A stretch of DNA of 64,000 nucleotides from Opitutaceae bacterium (GCA_051252375.1 JBPOFY010000004.1:224001-288000); one strand, 5' to 3'; shown: positions 36,785-48,007, counted from the stretch's first letter. Notes: generated by a model not told the origin, from the letters alone. Numbers and translations are program-made.

Positions 36785-37242
36785 CGCAGCGGTGGTCGCT
36801 TAATCGTCGGTTTCACCTCAGGGTGAAACGGCACATCAAAGGCATCTTTAAAGTTATAGCCTTTGTTGAAATCTTCCGGGCTATCTTGGTCGGTCTTCCC
36901 TAATACGCGGCATTCGACCAAGTTAAACACGATGTTGCCAAAATCTCGGCACTTCTTGATTCCCCAATGCTCCAACACTGCACGAGCCATGGGTCCATAT
37001 TGATCGATCGCGTAGAGGCGGATCCCCTCAAGAAGTTGCTGCCCGCTTAAGTGATTATTCTTATCCAACTCGCCCTGCTTATGCATCTCTTTCAAACTGA
37101 AATCCAAAGCCTGCCGTAAAAAGTAATAAGCACCACGCGCATAACGCTCGTCCTCTTTACGGATCGTGCGGATCACTTCGTTGAAATCTCTGTTCGGGTC
37201 GTTCACTCCTGCCAATAGAATCTCTATCACGGAGCGCGTCAA
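36781..37242 (-). CDS. Minf_1886-family protein (PVC-type)
   Basis: RY...AY.F...ALD, HLSGQQLLEG, QYGPMA..VL.HWGI..DFG.IVFNLV. Confidence 0.8.
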   Translation of the reverse strand: MTRSVIEILLAGVNDPNRDFNEVIRTIRKEDERYARGAYYFLRQALDFSLKEMHKQGELDKNNHLSGQQLLEGIRLYAIDQYGPMARAVLEHWGIKKCRDFGNIVFNLVECRVLGKTDQDSPEDFNKGYNFKDAFDVPFHPEVKPTIKRPPLR

Positions 37243-37359
37243 TCTTCCGACTAGAGATTTTAAAGACTTATGTCATCTAGCCACCTGACATAATTAAAAA
37301 ACTGGCGCGACATTCGCTTCATTGACCATACTAATAAAAAACCAGTCACCACACAAAAT

Positions 37360-37905
37360 ATGAGCACACCGACCGAACCCGAACAAAACAGCCCAGCCCC
37401 GGAAACGAGCAATTGGCCCGCGCTGCTACGCGGCTCGGTTCTCAGCAGTGCACAGTCCAAGCATGTGCAATACATCTCCCTCGCGGATCGGCGGGCACAG
37501 GTCATCATTACCATCAATGCCTTTCTCATCCCACTAACACTTTCGGGCTACAACAAACCAGAGATCCGCATCGGGATTATACTCTTCATCCTCGCGGCGG
37601 CATTGAGTATCTTTTTTGCCATCATCAGCCTCATGCCGAAACGCTACCAGCCGGACGCAACCGGTAAACGCAACTTACTTCATTTCTCAGGTATCTGGCA
37701 GTATGACGAAGAAACCTACAAAACGCTAATGAAGGAATCGCTCGAAAGTCGCAACACCATCACCGAGCTGATGGTATCGGACATCTACCATTTAAGTAAC
37801 GATGTGCTACGACCAAAATTCCGATGGATACGGCTCAGTTTTTACGCGTTTTTGATCGGGCTATCTTGCGCCCTACTCTTCATCGTCGGGCCACTGGTGG
37901 CCTAG
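37360..37905 (+). CDS. Pycsar-effector-like (DUF5706) membrane protein
   Basis: ADRRAQVIITIN before TMs, SLMP, NLLHFSGI, KFRWIRLS before last TM. Confidence 0.7.
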   Translation: MSTPTEPEQNSPAPETSNWPALLRGSVLSSAQSKHVQYISLADRRAQVIITINAFLIPLTLSGYNKPEIRIGIILFILAAALSIFFAIISLMPKRYQPDATGKRNLLHFSGIWQYDEETYKTLMKESLESRNTITELMVSDIYHLSNDVLRPKFRWIRLSFYAFLIGLSCALLFIVGPLVA

Positions 37906-37908
37906 GCA

Positions 37909-39402
37909 TTATGCCTTCCAAGCCACAAACGCAGCTTGTCGCACCGCAACTGCTTCGCGATAGACATCTTCATAAAGACTCGCAGAAGCGTCCCACTTAA
38001 AGCTTTGGCTCATCGCGCGCTTGCGCAACTTAGCCATATCATCGGGACGGTCGTAATAAGTCGAACACGCCCAACCCATAGTATAATAGAGCGCATCGGG
38101 GGTAGCAAAATCGAAGATGAATCCAGTGCCGCTATGGCGCTTCTCGGAATACTGCTCAACCGTATCGATCAGGCCACCCGTGGCTCGAACGATCGGCAAG
38201 GTGCCGTATTTCATCGCATACAGTTGCCCCAGTCCACAGGGCTCGAAACGGCTCGGCATAACAAAGAAGTCAGCTCCTGCCGTGGTCAAATGTGCCAGCT
38301 CATTACTGAAACGAAGCTGGGCACCGAAACGCCCGGGATAGCGATTCGCCAATTCGCTAAAGTCATGCTCCAATGAGGGTTCACCCGTCCCGAGGACTGC
38401 AACTTGTATGTGCATCTCAGCCATCAAGCGGTCACCAATCGAAGCCAACAGATCGAGCCCTTTCTGATTCGCCAGCCTCGAAACCACACCAAATACAGGC
38501 ACTGCCGGATTCACTTCCAAGCCATAGGCCGCTTGCAAAGCAGCTTTACAAGTCGCCTTACCTCCGAGCTTACGAACAGTGAACTTCTCTGGAATCAGCG
38601 TATCCACCTTTGGGTCCCACTCTGTTTCGTCGATGCCATTCACTACACCGACCAAGTCCTTACAGCGCTGCGAAAGTAAATGATGCAATCCACCGCCACC
38701 ATCAGACGTCTGTATTTCTTTCGCATAGGTCGGGCTGACAGTGGTGATCTTCGTCGAGTGGTAGATCCCACCCTTCAACATATTGGCCTCACCCATCGAC
38801 TCCAATCCATCCGGTCGAAAAACGGAATCCGGCAAACCGGCATAACCGACTAAATTCCGATGAAACCAACCTTGGTGCTCCATGTTATGTAACGTCATAA
38901 CAGAAGCCGCCCGGCCCATGGGTTTATTCAACTCCGTGGTGTTTAAATATATCGGCGTCAACCCGGTGGACCAGTCATGGCAATGCACCACATCGGGTAT
39001 CCAATCCAAATACTCGCAAAGATCGATCGCCGCACGACTAAGAAAAGCAAACCGCTGCGCATTATCATCCTGATTGCCAGAAGGACCGGTATAAACAGAC
39101 GTCGCACCATAAAACTGGTTATGCTCCAATAAATAAAGTTTCGCAGTCGATCCTGGGAGTTCAGTTCTCCAGACTCGCGCATAAGCTTCATGCCCACCCA
39201 TTTGAACAATTAGCGGTTGAGCATCTGGCGTCGCCGAATCGACTTGTTGTAATCCAGAGTATTTCGGCATCACGATACGCACATCGTGCCCACTCTCAAC
39301 CAGCGCTTTCGAAAGTGCTCCGACCACATCGGCCAAACCACCCACCTTGACAATTGGTGTCACCTCGGGAGCCACCATTAGTATTTTCATTTTACGAGCC
39401 AT
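37909..39402 (-). CDS. glgA: Glycogen synthase (start may be 39390)
   Basis: KVGGLADV, HCHDW, PSRFEPCGLGQL, TGGL.DTV. Confidence 0.95.
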   Translation of the reverse strand: MARKMKILMVAPEVTPIVKVGGLADVVGALSKALVESGHDVRIVMPKYSGLQQVDSATPDAQPLIVQMGGHEAYARVWRTELPGSTAKLYLLEHNQFYGATSVYTGPSGNQDDNAQRFAFLSRAAIDLCEYLDWIPDVVHCHDWSTGLTPIYLNTTELNKPMGRAASVMTLHNMEHQGWFHRNLVGYAGLPDSVFRPDGLESMGEANMLKGGIYHSTKITTVSPTYAKEIQTSDGGGGLHHLLSQRCKDLVGVVNGIDETEWDPKVDTLIPEKFTVRKLGGKATCKAALQAAYGLEVNPAVPVFGVVSRLANQKGLDLLASIGDRLMAEMHIQVAVLGTGEPSLEHDFSELANRYPGRFGAQLRFSNELAHLTTAGADFFVMPSRFEPCGLGQLYAMKYGTLPIVRATGGLIDTVEQYSEKRHSGTGFIFDFATPDALYYTMGWACSTYYDRPDDMAKLRKRAMSQSFKWDASASLYEDVYREAVAVRQAAFVAWKA

Positions 39403-40454
39403 CACTCTTCGGTCGGCGTCGAGCCTTCTTCAATCAAATCGTCATCAAACTCCTTGAGCTTGTAATTAAAAATCGGCAGCAAGGCAATCAACCCAACGCA
39501 AGTGAAACCGAGGATCGAAAAGCCTGTCACGTCGTGAACACTCCCAATATCTCCAATTAGCGGCAAAACCCAATGCTCATCGATCGCTTGCGAACCATTA
39601 TGATACGCCCACAAAGTGAGGAAGATACTACGCATGAGATTAGTCATCACCGCAAAAATCATAGCCGCACCGACCAACATAACTTTCTTCCAGAATCGAT
39701 CCAAGAAAACCGAGGCCAAAAAAGACCCGGCAAATAAACAAGCCGTGAGCGAACGGATTCCCGAACAAGCTTCTTCAACGCCCACCTGTCCATCCGGCAA
39801 AAGCAGAACATTGCCTTCGCGCTCCAACTCATAACCCAAAATATCAAATAGATTAAACACTACGACCGTCACTTTAGTCAGCAAAAAGACCTTAATGTTC
39901 TTCTCCACTACCGTGACCAATGGCGCTGAAAGGAGCCAAATCAAGAGAGGGAAAAGAAATAGCCCAACAAGTAACAACCGCTGCTTCAAAGGCATCGGGC
40001 GACCGTCGGCGGACTCTTTGGAAAAAATGAAAATAGTGCAGAGCCCGATACCAGCAAAACCCGCGGCAATCGCCAAAGAGGCCGGGTTCTGGGGACCCGA
40101 AACAGACCGAAGCAAAGCGCCTATAGAATATAGCCCGGCAGCTCCAACAAAGCCCGCCAACGCAATCCATTCGCAAAACGTACTCGCGCGCCCGTTCAAA
40201 TTGACGCCAGCAGGTACTGTCTCATCCGGGGCATGACCAACAAATAAGTAGCTACGGATGGTCGACCAGCGATCATAGATTACATATGCCGCAAACAGCG
40301 GCACCAAATAACCAAAACTATAATCCTCACGCTCTCCCCACCAATAAAACTGGTCCCACACCATAAACAGCGCAAAACCCAGCAACATAAAAGAAGCGGC
40401 GATCTGAATACGCGGTAATTGTTTAAAAGTAGGATGCTGGACAGTATCACTCAC
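39402..40454 (-). CDS. Exosortase/archaeosortase-family protein (GTG start inferred)
   Basis: Multi-TM; YSFGYLVP, VEEACSGIRSL (Cys), NLMR (Arg), VHD (His). Confidence 0.88.
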   Translation of the reverse strand: MSDTVQHPTFKQLPRIQIAASFMLLGFALFMVWDQFYWWGEREDYSFGYLVPLFAAYVIYDRWSTIRSYLFVGHAPDETVPAGVNLNGRASTFCEWIALAGFVGAAGLYSIGALLRSVSGPQNPASLAIAAGFAGIGLCTIFIFSKESADGRPMPLKQRLLLVGLFLFPLLIWLLSAPLVTVVEKNIKVFLLTKVTVVVFNLFDILGYELEREGNVLLLPDGQVGVEEACSGIRSLTACLFAGSFLASVFLDRFWKKVMLVGAAMIFAVMTNLMRSIFLTLWAYHNGSQAIDEHWVLPLIGDIGSVHDVTGFSILGFTCVGLIALLPIFNYKLKEFDDDLIEEGSTPTEE

Positions 40455-40623
40455 TGTATCGAAGGGGAAGCTGGATGAAGGAAGCAGGACGAAAGCCGCA
40501 GGTTTGAGAGTCACCCCACGAAAAGCAATCCAGAAAAGAATCCCCATCGGGGCAGATTGCAAGCGCCACCAGAAAACTTCGATTTCTATTGACCTCTGGT
40601 TATGGACACATTTGCTCATCGGC

Positions 40624-40865
<242 letters not shown>

Positions 40866-40932
40866 TGGCAAAGCCAAATGGCAATCTAGCCGCAACGCGG
40901 ATTAATTTTGCCGAAGCGTAGCTGTTAACCAT

Positions 40933-43551
40933 TCACTCAACCAGCTCATCCGTATCCGCCACCTCCATCTCGAGCTGATCGTCTGCGATCTTAAAGAGCA
41001 CCGTGCTTTGCTCTAGGATCTCGCCACTGAGTAGTGCACGTGCGAGACGAGTCTCGATTTGCTTCTGAAGGAAGCGCTTGAGTGGTCGCGCGCCATAAAC
41101 TGGGTCGTAACCTTTCTCGCCGATCCAGGTGCGGGCAGTGTCGTCGAATTCAATATTGATGCGGCGATCCGCCAAGCGCTTGTTCAAATCAGCAAGTAGC
41201 AAGTCGACGATAAGCGTGATCTCTTCAAGGTTCAGTGGTTTAAAGAGGATAACGTCGTCGATACGATTCAGGAACTCAGGGCGGAAGCCTTGGCGTAACT
41301 CTGCCATGACAGACTCGCGAATGCTTTCTGGAATTTCTGTGCCGGTAACACCTTCGGTCAGGTAACGGCTACCCACATTTGAAGTCATGATCACTACCGT
41401 ATTTTTAAAATCAACCGTGTGACCTTGAGCGTCAGTGATGCGACCATCGTCGAGCACTTGCAAGAGCACGTTGAACACATCGGGGTGCGCCTTCTCGATT
41501 TCGTCAAAGAGGACAACACTGTAAGGCTTGCGGCGCACAGCCTCGGTGAGTTGACCGCCCTCATCGTAACCGACATAGCCGGGAGGCGCGCCGATCAATC
41601 GGGCTACGGCGTGCTTTTCCATATATTCCGACATGTCGATACGCACGATGTTATCTTCTGCATCGAAGAGAGTTGCAGCCAAGGTGCGGGCTAGCTCCGT
41701 CTTCCCCACCCCAGTAGGACCGAGGAAAAGAAAACTGCCGATCGGACGGCGTGGGTCTTTAATACCTGCACGTGCACGAAGGATGGCTTCGGAAACAAGC
41801 GTCACTGCCTCGTCTTGACCGATCACCCTTTCGTGCAGTACTTCTTCGAGGCGAAGGAGTTTTTCCTTTTCACCTTCGACGAGGCGACGGACGGGCACTC
41901 CGGTCCATTTAGAAACGATGTCGGCAATTTCTTCTTGGGAAACTTCCTCTTTCAACAGTGCGCCTTCCTTCGCGTCAACTGCTTCGAGTTCTTTCAGTCG
42001 TTGTTCCAGTTCAGGCATTTTGCCATGACGAAGCTGAGCGACTGCATTCAAATCATAATTTCGCTCCGCCCTTTCCATTTCAATACGGGTGGCGTCAAGT
42101 TCTTCACGAACCGCTCGAATTTGATCAATCGCAGCTTTCTCGGAATCCCACTTAGCTCGCAAGGCCGATTCCTTTTCGCGAATATCAGCCAGCTCCTTCG
42201 ACAATGTTTTCAAACGATCTTTCGAAGCTTCGTCTTTTTCGTTTTTAAGTGCGGCTTCTTCAATTTCAAGTTGCAGCGCGCGACGCGTCAAAGCATCCAG
42301 CTCTTGCGGCATAGAATCCATATCGGTGCGGATCATCGCACAGGCCTCATCGACGAGGTCGATCGCTTTATCGGGGAGAAAGCGATCAGTGATGTATCGC
42401 TGCGATAAAACAGCGGCTTGCACTAAAGCGTTGTCTTGAATGCGCACTCCATGATGCAGCTCAAAGCGCTCACGAATGCCACGCAGAATAGAGATGGTGT
42501 CTTCCACATTGGGTTGGTCCACCAGCACCGTTTGAAAGCGACGTTCAAGAGCCGCGTCTTTCTCGATATGCTTGCGATATTCATCGAGTGTGGTGGCACC
42601 CACGCAGTGGAGTTCGCCACGTGCGAGCATGGGCTTGAGCATGTTACCTGCATCCATCGCACCTTCGCTTTTACCAGCACCTACGATAGTGTGGAGCTCG
42701 TCAATAAAGAGTAGAATGCGTCCTTCGCTGGATTTAACTTCTGCAAGGACCGCTTTGAGACGCTCTTCAAACTCACCACGATATTTGGCACCTGCTACAA
42801 GCGAAGCCATATCGAGCGAGAAAATCGTTTTATCTTTCAAGCCTTCCGGCACGTCGCCACGCACAATTCGTTGAGCCAGTCCTTCGACGATGGCGGTCTT
42901 ACCGACACCAGGCTCACCTATAAGCACAGGATTGTTTTTAGTCTTCCGAGATAGGATTCGAATGACACGCCGGATCTCATCGTCGCGCCCAATGACTGGA
43001 TCCATTTTGCCCTTGCGAGCCATTTGGACTAGGTCGACTCCATACTTTTCCAGTGCCTCAAAAGTAGCTTCAGGATTACGGCTAGTCACTTTTTGCGAGC
43101 CGCGAACCGACTTCAAAGTCTCCAACACTTTATCATAATCGAGTTCAAACTGCTTCAGCAATTGCCCCAGTTTACTCGATGCCTCGGTTTTTAATAGCCC
43201 AAGAAATAAATGCTCGGTGCTGACAAAATCGTCTTTCAACGCAGCCTTTTCCTTATCCGCAACCGTCAGCGCTTTTTGTAAAGCCGTCGAAATGTAGACC
43301 TGACTCGCATTAACGCTACCGCTCGCCTTCGGCAATTTTTCGAGCTCACGTTGCACAGCTAGAAGTAACGCTGAAGGCGTGATTTGCAGACGCTCCAAAA
43401 GACCTGGAACAATACCATCCTCTTGCTCGACCAGTGCGAGCAGTAGATGCCAAACATCAATCTCCTGCTGACCATGCCCGCGCGCATGATTTTGAGCGGC
43501 TTGCACAGCCAGAGCTGACTTCTCGGTAAAGGTGTTAAAATCTATATTCAT
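40933..43551 (-). CDS. clpB: Chaperone ClpB
   Basis: Two AAA+ modules ([16 protein letters not shown]) with long middle coiled coil. Confidence 0.97.
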   Translation of the reverse strand: MNIDFNTFTEKSALAVQAAQNHARGHGQQEIDVWHLLLALVEQEDGIVPGLLERLQITPSALLLAVQRELEKLPKASGSVNASQVYISTALQKALTVADKEKAALKDDFVSTEHLFLGLLKTEASSKLGQLLKQFELDYDKVLETLKSVRGSQKVTSRNPEATFEALEKYGVDLVQMARKGKMDPVIGRDDEIRRVIRILSRKTKNNPVLIGEPGVGKTAIVEGLAQRIVRGDVPEGLKDKTIFSLDMASLVAGAKYRGEFEERLKAVLAEVKSSEGRILLFIDELHTIVGAGKSEGAMDAGNMLKPMLARGELHCVGATTLDEYRKHIEKDAALERRFQTVLVDQPNVEDTISILRGIRERFELHHGVRIQDNALVQAAVLSQRYITDRFLPDKAIDLVDEACAMIRTDMDSMPQELDALTRRALQLEIEEAALKNEKDEASKDRLKTLSKELADIREKESALRAKWDSEKAAIDQIRAVREELDATRIEMERAERNYDLNAVAQLRHGKMPELEQRLKELEAVDAKEGALLKEEVSQEEIADIVSKWTGVPVRRLVEGEKEKLLRLEEVLHERVIGQDEAVTLVSEAILRARAGIKDPRRPIGSFLFLGPTGVGKTELARTLAATLFDAEDNIVRIDMSEYMEKHAVARLIGAPPGYVGYDEGGQLTEAVRRKPYSVVLFDEIEKAHPDVFNVLLQVLDDGRITDAQGHTVDFKNTVVIMTSNVGSRYLTEGVTGTEIPESIRESVMAELRQGFRPEFLNRIDDVILFKPLNLEEITLIVDLLLADLNKRLADRRINIEFDDTARTWIGEKGYDPVYGARPLKRFLQKQIETRLARALLSGEILEQSTVLFKIADDQLEMEVADTDELVE

Positions 43552-43561
43552 ACAACCTCTC

Positions 43562-43578
43562 TTGCATTTGCCGTTCCA
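43562..43578 (-). promoter_or_regulatory. Sigma-54-like -24/-12 promoter candidate for clpB
   Basis: TGGAACGGCAAATGCAA (GG-N10-GC). Confidence 0.45.
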
Positions 43579-43775
43579 CCCCTAATACCTCATGCAGCGC
43601 GCAACAAATCTGACGCAAATCGCTCAACTACAATTACTAATGAATAGATGGGCGCCAAAGCGGATACAACTAGTCTGCTCCAAAACGACTCAACATGGGC
43701 ACAAGTGAGACAAAGTGTCGCTTTCCCGTGAAATCCATCTCGACAATCACCCAACGACCAATACGCTCCGCATCG

Positions 43776-44156
43776 ATGTTCAGCGAAGTTATCCAAGTTA
43801 GTTCAAAGGTCTTCCTTCTGGTTGGCAGCTTTACTATGGCTGCCACAATGCACGCCTACGAACAGGGCACATACATGATTTTTAACATCGTTGAGACCGC
43901 GAACACCGAAACGGCTGAGGTGGCACAAATACAGATTGAAAAATCACTTTTCAACCAGGCTGTCGAAACTGCATCAACCGAAACCGCTCAACTTGAAACG
44001 ACTTCAGATTTCGTCGTTGATTTCGCAAAAACCGAGACGACAAGCTCAGTATTCTCGGACGGGGCAGCCACGCAAAATTTTAGCACGCTCGACCTGACCG
44101 CGACAGAACAAACCACTGTTTTTGGCAATGGTGCCACATCAGTATTTGATCAATAA
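43776..44156 (+). CDS. Thr-rich hypothetical protein, possibly exported (start uncertain)
   Basis: Hydrophobic N-terminus; internal repeats VETANTETAE/VETASTETAQ. Confidence 0.55.
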   Translation: MFSEVIQVSSKVFLLVGSFTMAATMHAYEQGTYMIFNIVETANTETAEVAQIQIEKSLFNQAVETASTETAQLETTSDFVVDFAKTETTSSVFSDGAATQNFSTLDLTATEQTTVFGNGATSVFDQ

Positions 44157-44160
44157 GCAC

Positions 44161-44814
44161 TCAAGACTTTTTAGTCACCTTAGGTCGCTTGCGATCAGGA
44201 TAGAGCGCACGGCAAATTTCACAAACGGTGCCATCGCATCCACGAGCCGAGCAATGCTCCCGACCGTAGAAAATAATCTGCAGGTGCAGCGCATTCCAAC
44301 TGCTCTCAGGGAACAGTCGTTTCAAATCACGTTCGGTCTGCACTACATTCTTCCCTGAGGTTAACCCCCAGCGCTGCGCCAATCGATGGATATGCGTATC
44401 GACTGGAAATGCAGGGACTCCAAATGCCTGCGACATGACCACCGATGCCGTCTTATGCCCCACCGCTGGTAGCGCTTCGAGCGCCTTCATATCAACCGGC
44501 ACCTTTCCACCATGTTGGTCGAGTAGTATTCGCGAGAGCCCGAAAATCCCTTTCGACTTCATCGGCGAAAGACCACAGGGGCGTATAATATCTTGGATCT
44601 CCTCAACCGACAATTTAATCATGGCCTCGGGTGTATCCGCGCGAGCAAAGAGTAAGGGTGTGATTTGGTTAACCCTGACATCGGTGCACTGAGCTGAAAG
44701 CAGCACCGCAATGAGTAGCGTATAAGGATCCTTATGGTCGAGCGGGATGGGTGTATTTGGATACAATTCGCCCAACCGTTGTTGGACATATGTGGCGCGC
44801 TCAGTCTTAGTCAT
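44161..44814 (-). CDS. nth: Endonuclease III
   Basis: LLSAQCTD, LPAVGHKTA HhH, PVDTH, C-terminal Cys cluster. Confidence 0.95.
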   Translation of the reverse strand: MTKTERATYVQQRLGELYPNTPIPLDHKDPYTLLIAVLLSAQCTDVRVNQITPLLFARADTPEAMIKLSVEEIQDIIRPCGLSPMKSKGIFGLSRILLDQHGGKVPVDMKALEALPAVGHKTASVVMSQAFGVPAFPVDTHIHRLAQRWGLTSGKNVVQTERDLKRLFPESSWNALHLQIIFYGREHCSARGCDGTVCEICRALYPDRKRPKVTKKS

Positions 44815-44852
44815 CACCTAATAATGAACACGCACAGGAATCACTGTGCCAC

Positions 44853-44882
44853 AAAAAAAGCCGCCCCAACAGGACGGCTTTT
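44853..44882 (-). terminator. Rho-independent terminator
   Basis: Minus strand: aaaagccgtcc-tgtt-ggggcggc-ttttttt. Confidence 0.75.
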
Positions 44883-44904
44883 AGAAATACAATTTAGAGA
44901 TGGC

Positions 44905-45165
44905 TTAGAACCAACCTTTTTTACCGTTGATGTAAGTTCCAACGAAATCTTCGTCTGACTTGGTGAGATAAATAACACCTTCAACCAAACCAATGATGCC
45001 CATGACGAAACCCAACATTCCCAATGTGAGAATAGTGACGAGCAACATGATGATACCCTCTTTAGTGTAACCGAGGATGAATTTGTGAATACCGAATGCA
45101 CCTAAAAGAATCCCAAGGATTCCGGCGGCGATTTTCTTTTCTGAACCTGCTGGTTTGTCTGACAT
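44905..45165 (-). CDS. TM2-domain (NINE) membrane protein
   Basis: KIAAGILGILLGAFGIHKFILG..IGLVEGVIYL. Confidence 0.88.
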   Translation of the reverse strand: MSDKPAGSEKKIAAGILGILLGAFGIHKFILGYTKEGIIMLLVTILTLGMLGFVMGIIGLVEGVIYLTKSDEDFVGTYINGKKGWF

Positions 45166-45255
45166 AATGATATAATGGGTTATAGTTGGTGAGAGAACGG
45201 AGCGTAACGGCAGAACGGGTGAATTATCCAGAAAAAAGTGGCTTCAGCAATCCCC

Positions 45256-45921
45256 CTAGAAAGACAAAGGCCAAGTATATTTCGCACGAACAGGCACACC
45301 GTTCCGCATCGGCGGACTGAAACGCGATGCCTCGGCAGCCTGCTTTGCAGCGGGGATGAGTGCGGCATGCGTGTAATTGACCACCTCGACCACCGAAGTC
45401 GCTCCTCGCTCATCCAATGCAACTAGCAAAATCACCTGCTTAGTTCCTTGCCGGCGCATCAAACGCTGAAACTCTGCAGATTGTTGTGATTTCGGTCGGC
45501 CTTCTCGAACGAGACGCGGGATCTCGTCCAACTCATCAAAGCCAAACAACCGAATCATCTCCTCCGTCGATTCAGTCGTTAAATCAAACTGAAAAGAACC
45601 GTCGATGTTTATATCGCCACCAGTGCCTGGGTTCAAGCTGAGCTCCAATTGCTCTAAACTTGGCATAGGTGGTGGCGTATTCAACTCAGGCGGCGGCTCT
45701 TCTTGTTCGTCCGGTGGGGGCACGTCCGGTGCCTCAGGTGGTGGCGGAGGCGGCGGGGCGGCGACTTCAACTACTTCAAAAATTTCCACCGTTTTCAGAG
45801 GTGACTGAAAAAGCTGAGTCAACGGCACAAGCATGAACAGCAAGCCAGCACACAACAACCCAATCAATAAGCTAAAACCAAACCCACGGTTCGGTGATGG
45901 TGGTTTGTAAAGCTGCGACAT
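45256..45921 (-). CDS. Energy transducer TonB-family protein
   Basis: N-terminal TM, Pro-rich linker, RFSPPMRNGVPV C-terminal motif. Confidence 0.8.
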   Translation of the reverse strand: MSQLYKPPSPNRGFGFSLLIGLLCAGLLFMLVPLTQLFQSPLKTVEIFEVVEVAAPPPPPPPEAPDVPPPDEQEEPPPELNTPPPMPSLEQLELSLNPGTGGDINIDGSFQFDLTTESTEEMIRLFGFDELDEIPRLVREGRPKSQQSAEFQRLMRRQGTKQVILLVALDERGATSVVEVVNYTHAALIPAAKQAAEASRFSPPMRNGVPVRAKYTWPLSF

Positions 45922-45945
45922 TAAGCGAACGAAGCTGTCGAAACC

Positions 45946-46449
45946 CTACCTTTGCGAATTCTCGATTTCATTGTCGATTCGGTTCCCCCGATCCTCCAAC
46001 TGAGAACTACTTTTATCAAGAAAATCAACCACTGTATAGGCACCTAATAATGCACCCGCCCCAGCTCCGGCGCTCATCAAAAAAATAAAAGCGCTCAATA
46101 CAAAGCTCAGGTCGAAAATACGACGTGATAATACCAGCAACGATCCTAGGACAAGCCCGGCAAATCCGACCCATGGTATGTAAGCTGCCCAATCCTCTTC
46201 TATATCGGACACAGCAAAAACTTCTATCGCGGCGTATGCGAGCCCTCCGAAAACGATTGGTAGCAACACACCTAAACTGATCATAATAAAACCGCCCTTT
46301 CCGCCGAACATGCCCACGAGGACTCGCGCCGTCACCAAAGCTCCCAACAAGGCAACTCCTAGGACAACATAAAACTCGTTTGTGCCCACTTCATAACCAA
46401 AGACAAACGACAACAAATGCAGGAGTGATTCCAGAATAGGTTCAGACAT
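45946..46449 (-). CDS. Hypothetical membrane protein
   Basis: Several hydrophobic helices, 167 aa. Confidence 0.65.
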   Translation of the reverse strand: MSEPILESLLHLLSFVFGYEVGTNEFYVVLGVALLGALVTARVLVGMFGGKGGFIMISLGVLLPIVFGGLAYAAIEVFAVSDIEEDWAAYIPWVGFAGLVLGSLLVLSRRIFDLSFVLSAFIFLMSAGAGAGALLGAYTVVDFLDKSSSQLEDRGNRIDNEIENSQR

Positions 46450-46561
46450 AATAATCGGCGTTAAATAAAATGATGCGCTACAGATAACGCGATTTCATAC
46501 CGATGGCGATTGTTTTCTGAGCCGCCAAACCACCCAGTCTAAACAGGGAAAAGACAGATCC

Positions 46562-47107
46562 TTACTTCTTATTTTCCTTCTTCTTGTCTTTCTTTTTTTC
46601 GGATTTCTTCGAACCCTTCTTCTTTTTCTTACCGCGCAATAGCTTCTTCACTTTTTTACGCTGATCCTCGCGAACGATATAGCCGATACAATCATCTGTG
46701 CCACAGAGGCAGGGGTGATCCAAAAAGTGCTCCATGTCATAACCATAGTCATAGACCAACTCCTCACCTTTCTTAATATCCTTGCGGGCCACGATCCAAA
46801 TCTCACCATCGAAATTGATAGCTTCACAATTCCCATCGCAGGAATGATTCATGTAGCGAGCAGGGTTTTCACCCTCACGGCCATCGATGTCCCACTCATC
46901 ATCGACCTCAAAAATATAGACAAGCCCTTCACCGGTCTTACGTGCCTTTTCTTCCCATTCCAGTGCACGTCGAGAGGACTCTTCCTTGGAGATTTTCTCT
47001 CCAACATATTGTATGATCTTAGTCTCCTCTTCGATGTCGCAAGTAGCAAATAAACCACTCTGATGAATGGATGAGGAATCAACTGTGCATAGCTTATTTG
47101 TAGACAT
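46562..47107 (-). CDS. SET-domain protein-lysine methyltransferase with post-SET and Lys-rich tail
   Basis: [32 protein letters not shown]. Confidence 0.9.
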   Translation of the reverse strand: MSTNKLCTVDSSSIHQSGLFATCDIEEETKIIQYVGEKISKEESSRRALEWEEKARKTGEGLVYIFEVDDEWDIDGREGENPARYMNHSCDGNCEAINFDGEIWIVARKDIKKGEELVYDYGYDMEHFLDHPCLCGTDDCIGYIVREDQRKKVKKLLRGKKKKKGSKKSEKKKDKKKENKK

Positions 47108-47176
47108 AAACAAATGTTAAACGAAGCAGGAAAAATTCTGGCAAGGTAATAGATACTTCTTTGCTACGAATTCAAC

Positions 47177-48007
47177 TTACAGACACACTCGCAAACGATC
47201 CTCTAGCACTTCCAATAGTAATGGGTGCTCTCCGAGTAGAGGAGTGATGTAAACGTTCTCAAATATCTCTTGGTCGCGCAGACCGTCACAAATTTCAACC
47301 ACATCGCCACCTTCGCCCGCGTGGCGACCAGGCAATAGAAAGAACATCGCGACAACACAATCACGACGATTCTTCGCGACCGTATCGATCCGCTCCAACA
47401 GTGGCTCGTTGAATGCATACTCGGATCCATTGCGTCGCTCCATGGAGCTTGCAATAACTTCCAAGACTTCGCCGCCCAACAAAGTCGACAACTGCTCTGC
47501 GACCGCATTGCGAACTACATTGACCGACTCCACGGGCGTGCCGTGATCCACCAACACGACTGTCGGGCGCTGTATTTCGTGCCGTGCCAGAAGCGCTCGA
47601 ACATGGTCCGCGAGCATTTGTGCCAACCGAGTATCCGGCTGCCGCACATCCGGACCAGCTAAAGGGTCGGCTATCCGCACCGATACATCGGGTGCCATTT
47701 GGCGCGCCTCTTCAATAAGCTCTGGTAAATAGTGGCGTATCGCCGAGCTCGGCCCGAGGAAAAGCGGTAGCATGATAAATGAGCGTTCTCCCGCTTCAAT
47801 ACACTCTCGTAAACGGCGACGCACAATCGTCGCGGGCTCACCCCCGAGGGCTGATGCATCGACCTTGTGCGAATGCAACAAACTGACAGGTTCCACCAAA
47901 CAGCCTGCGCGGATCGACAGTTGTCCCGCCAAAGCCCTGAGCGCAAGAGTCGCCTGCGGACGCAGCGATCCGTTATCGATAAGAAAAACTGTGGGCGATG
48001 ATTTCAT
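47177..48007 (-). CDS. CbiX/SirB-family chelatase
   Basis: DNGSLR, PLFLGPS, DHGTP, FFLLPGRH. Confidence 0.8.
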   Translation of the reverse strand: MKSSPTVFLIDNGSLRPQATLALRALAGQLSIRAGCLVEPVSLLHSHKVDASALGGEPATIVRRRLRECIEAGERSFIMLPLFLGPSSAIRHYLPELIEEARQMAPDVSVRIADPLAGPDVRQPDTRLAQMLADHVRALLARHEIQRPTVVLVDHGTPVESVNVVRNAVAEQLSTLLGGEVLEVIASSMERRNGSEYAFNEPLLERIDTVAKNRRDCVVAMFFLLPGRHAGEGGDVVEICDGLRDQEIFENVYITPLLGEHPLLLEVLEDRLRVCL

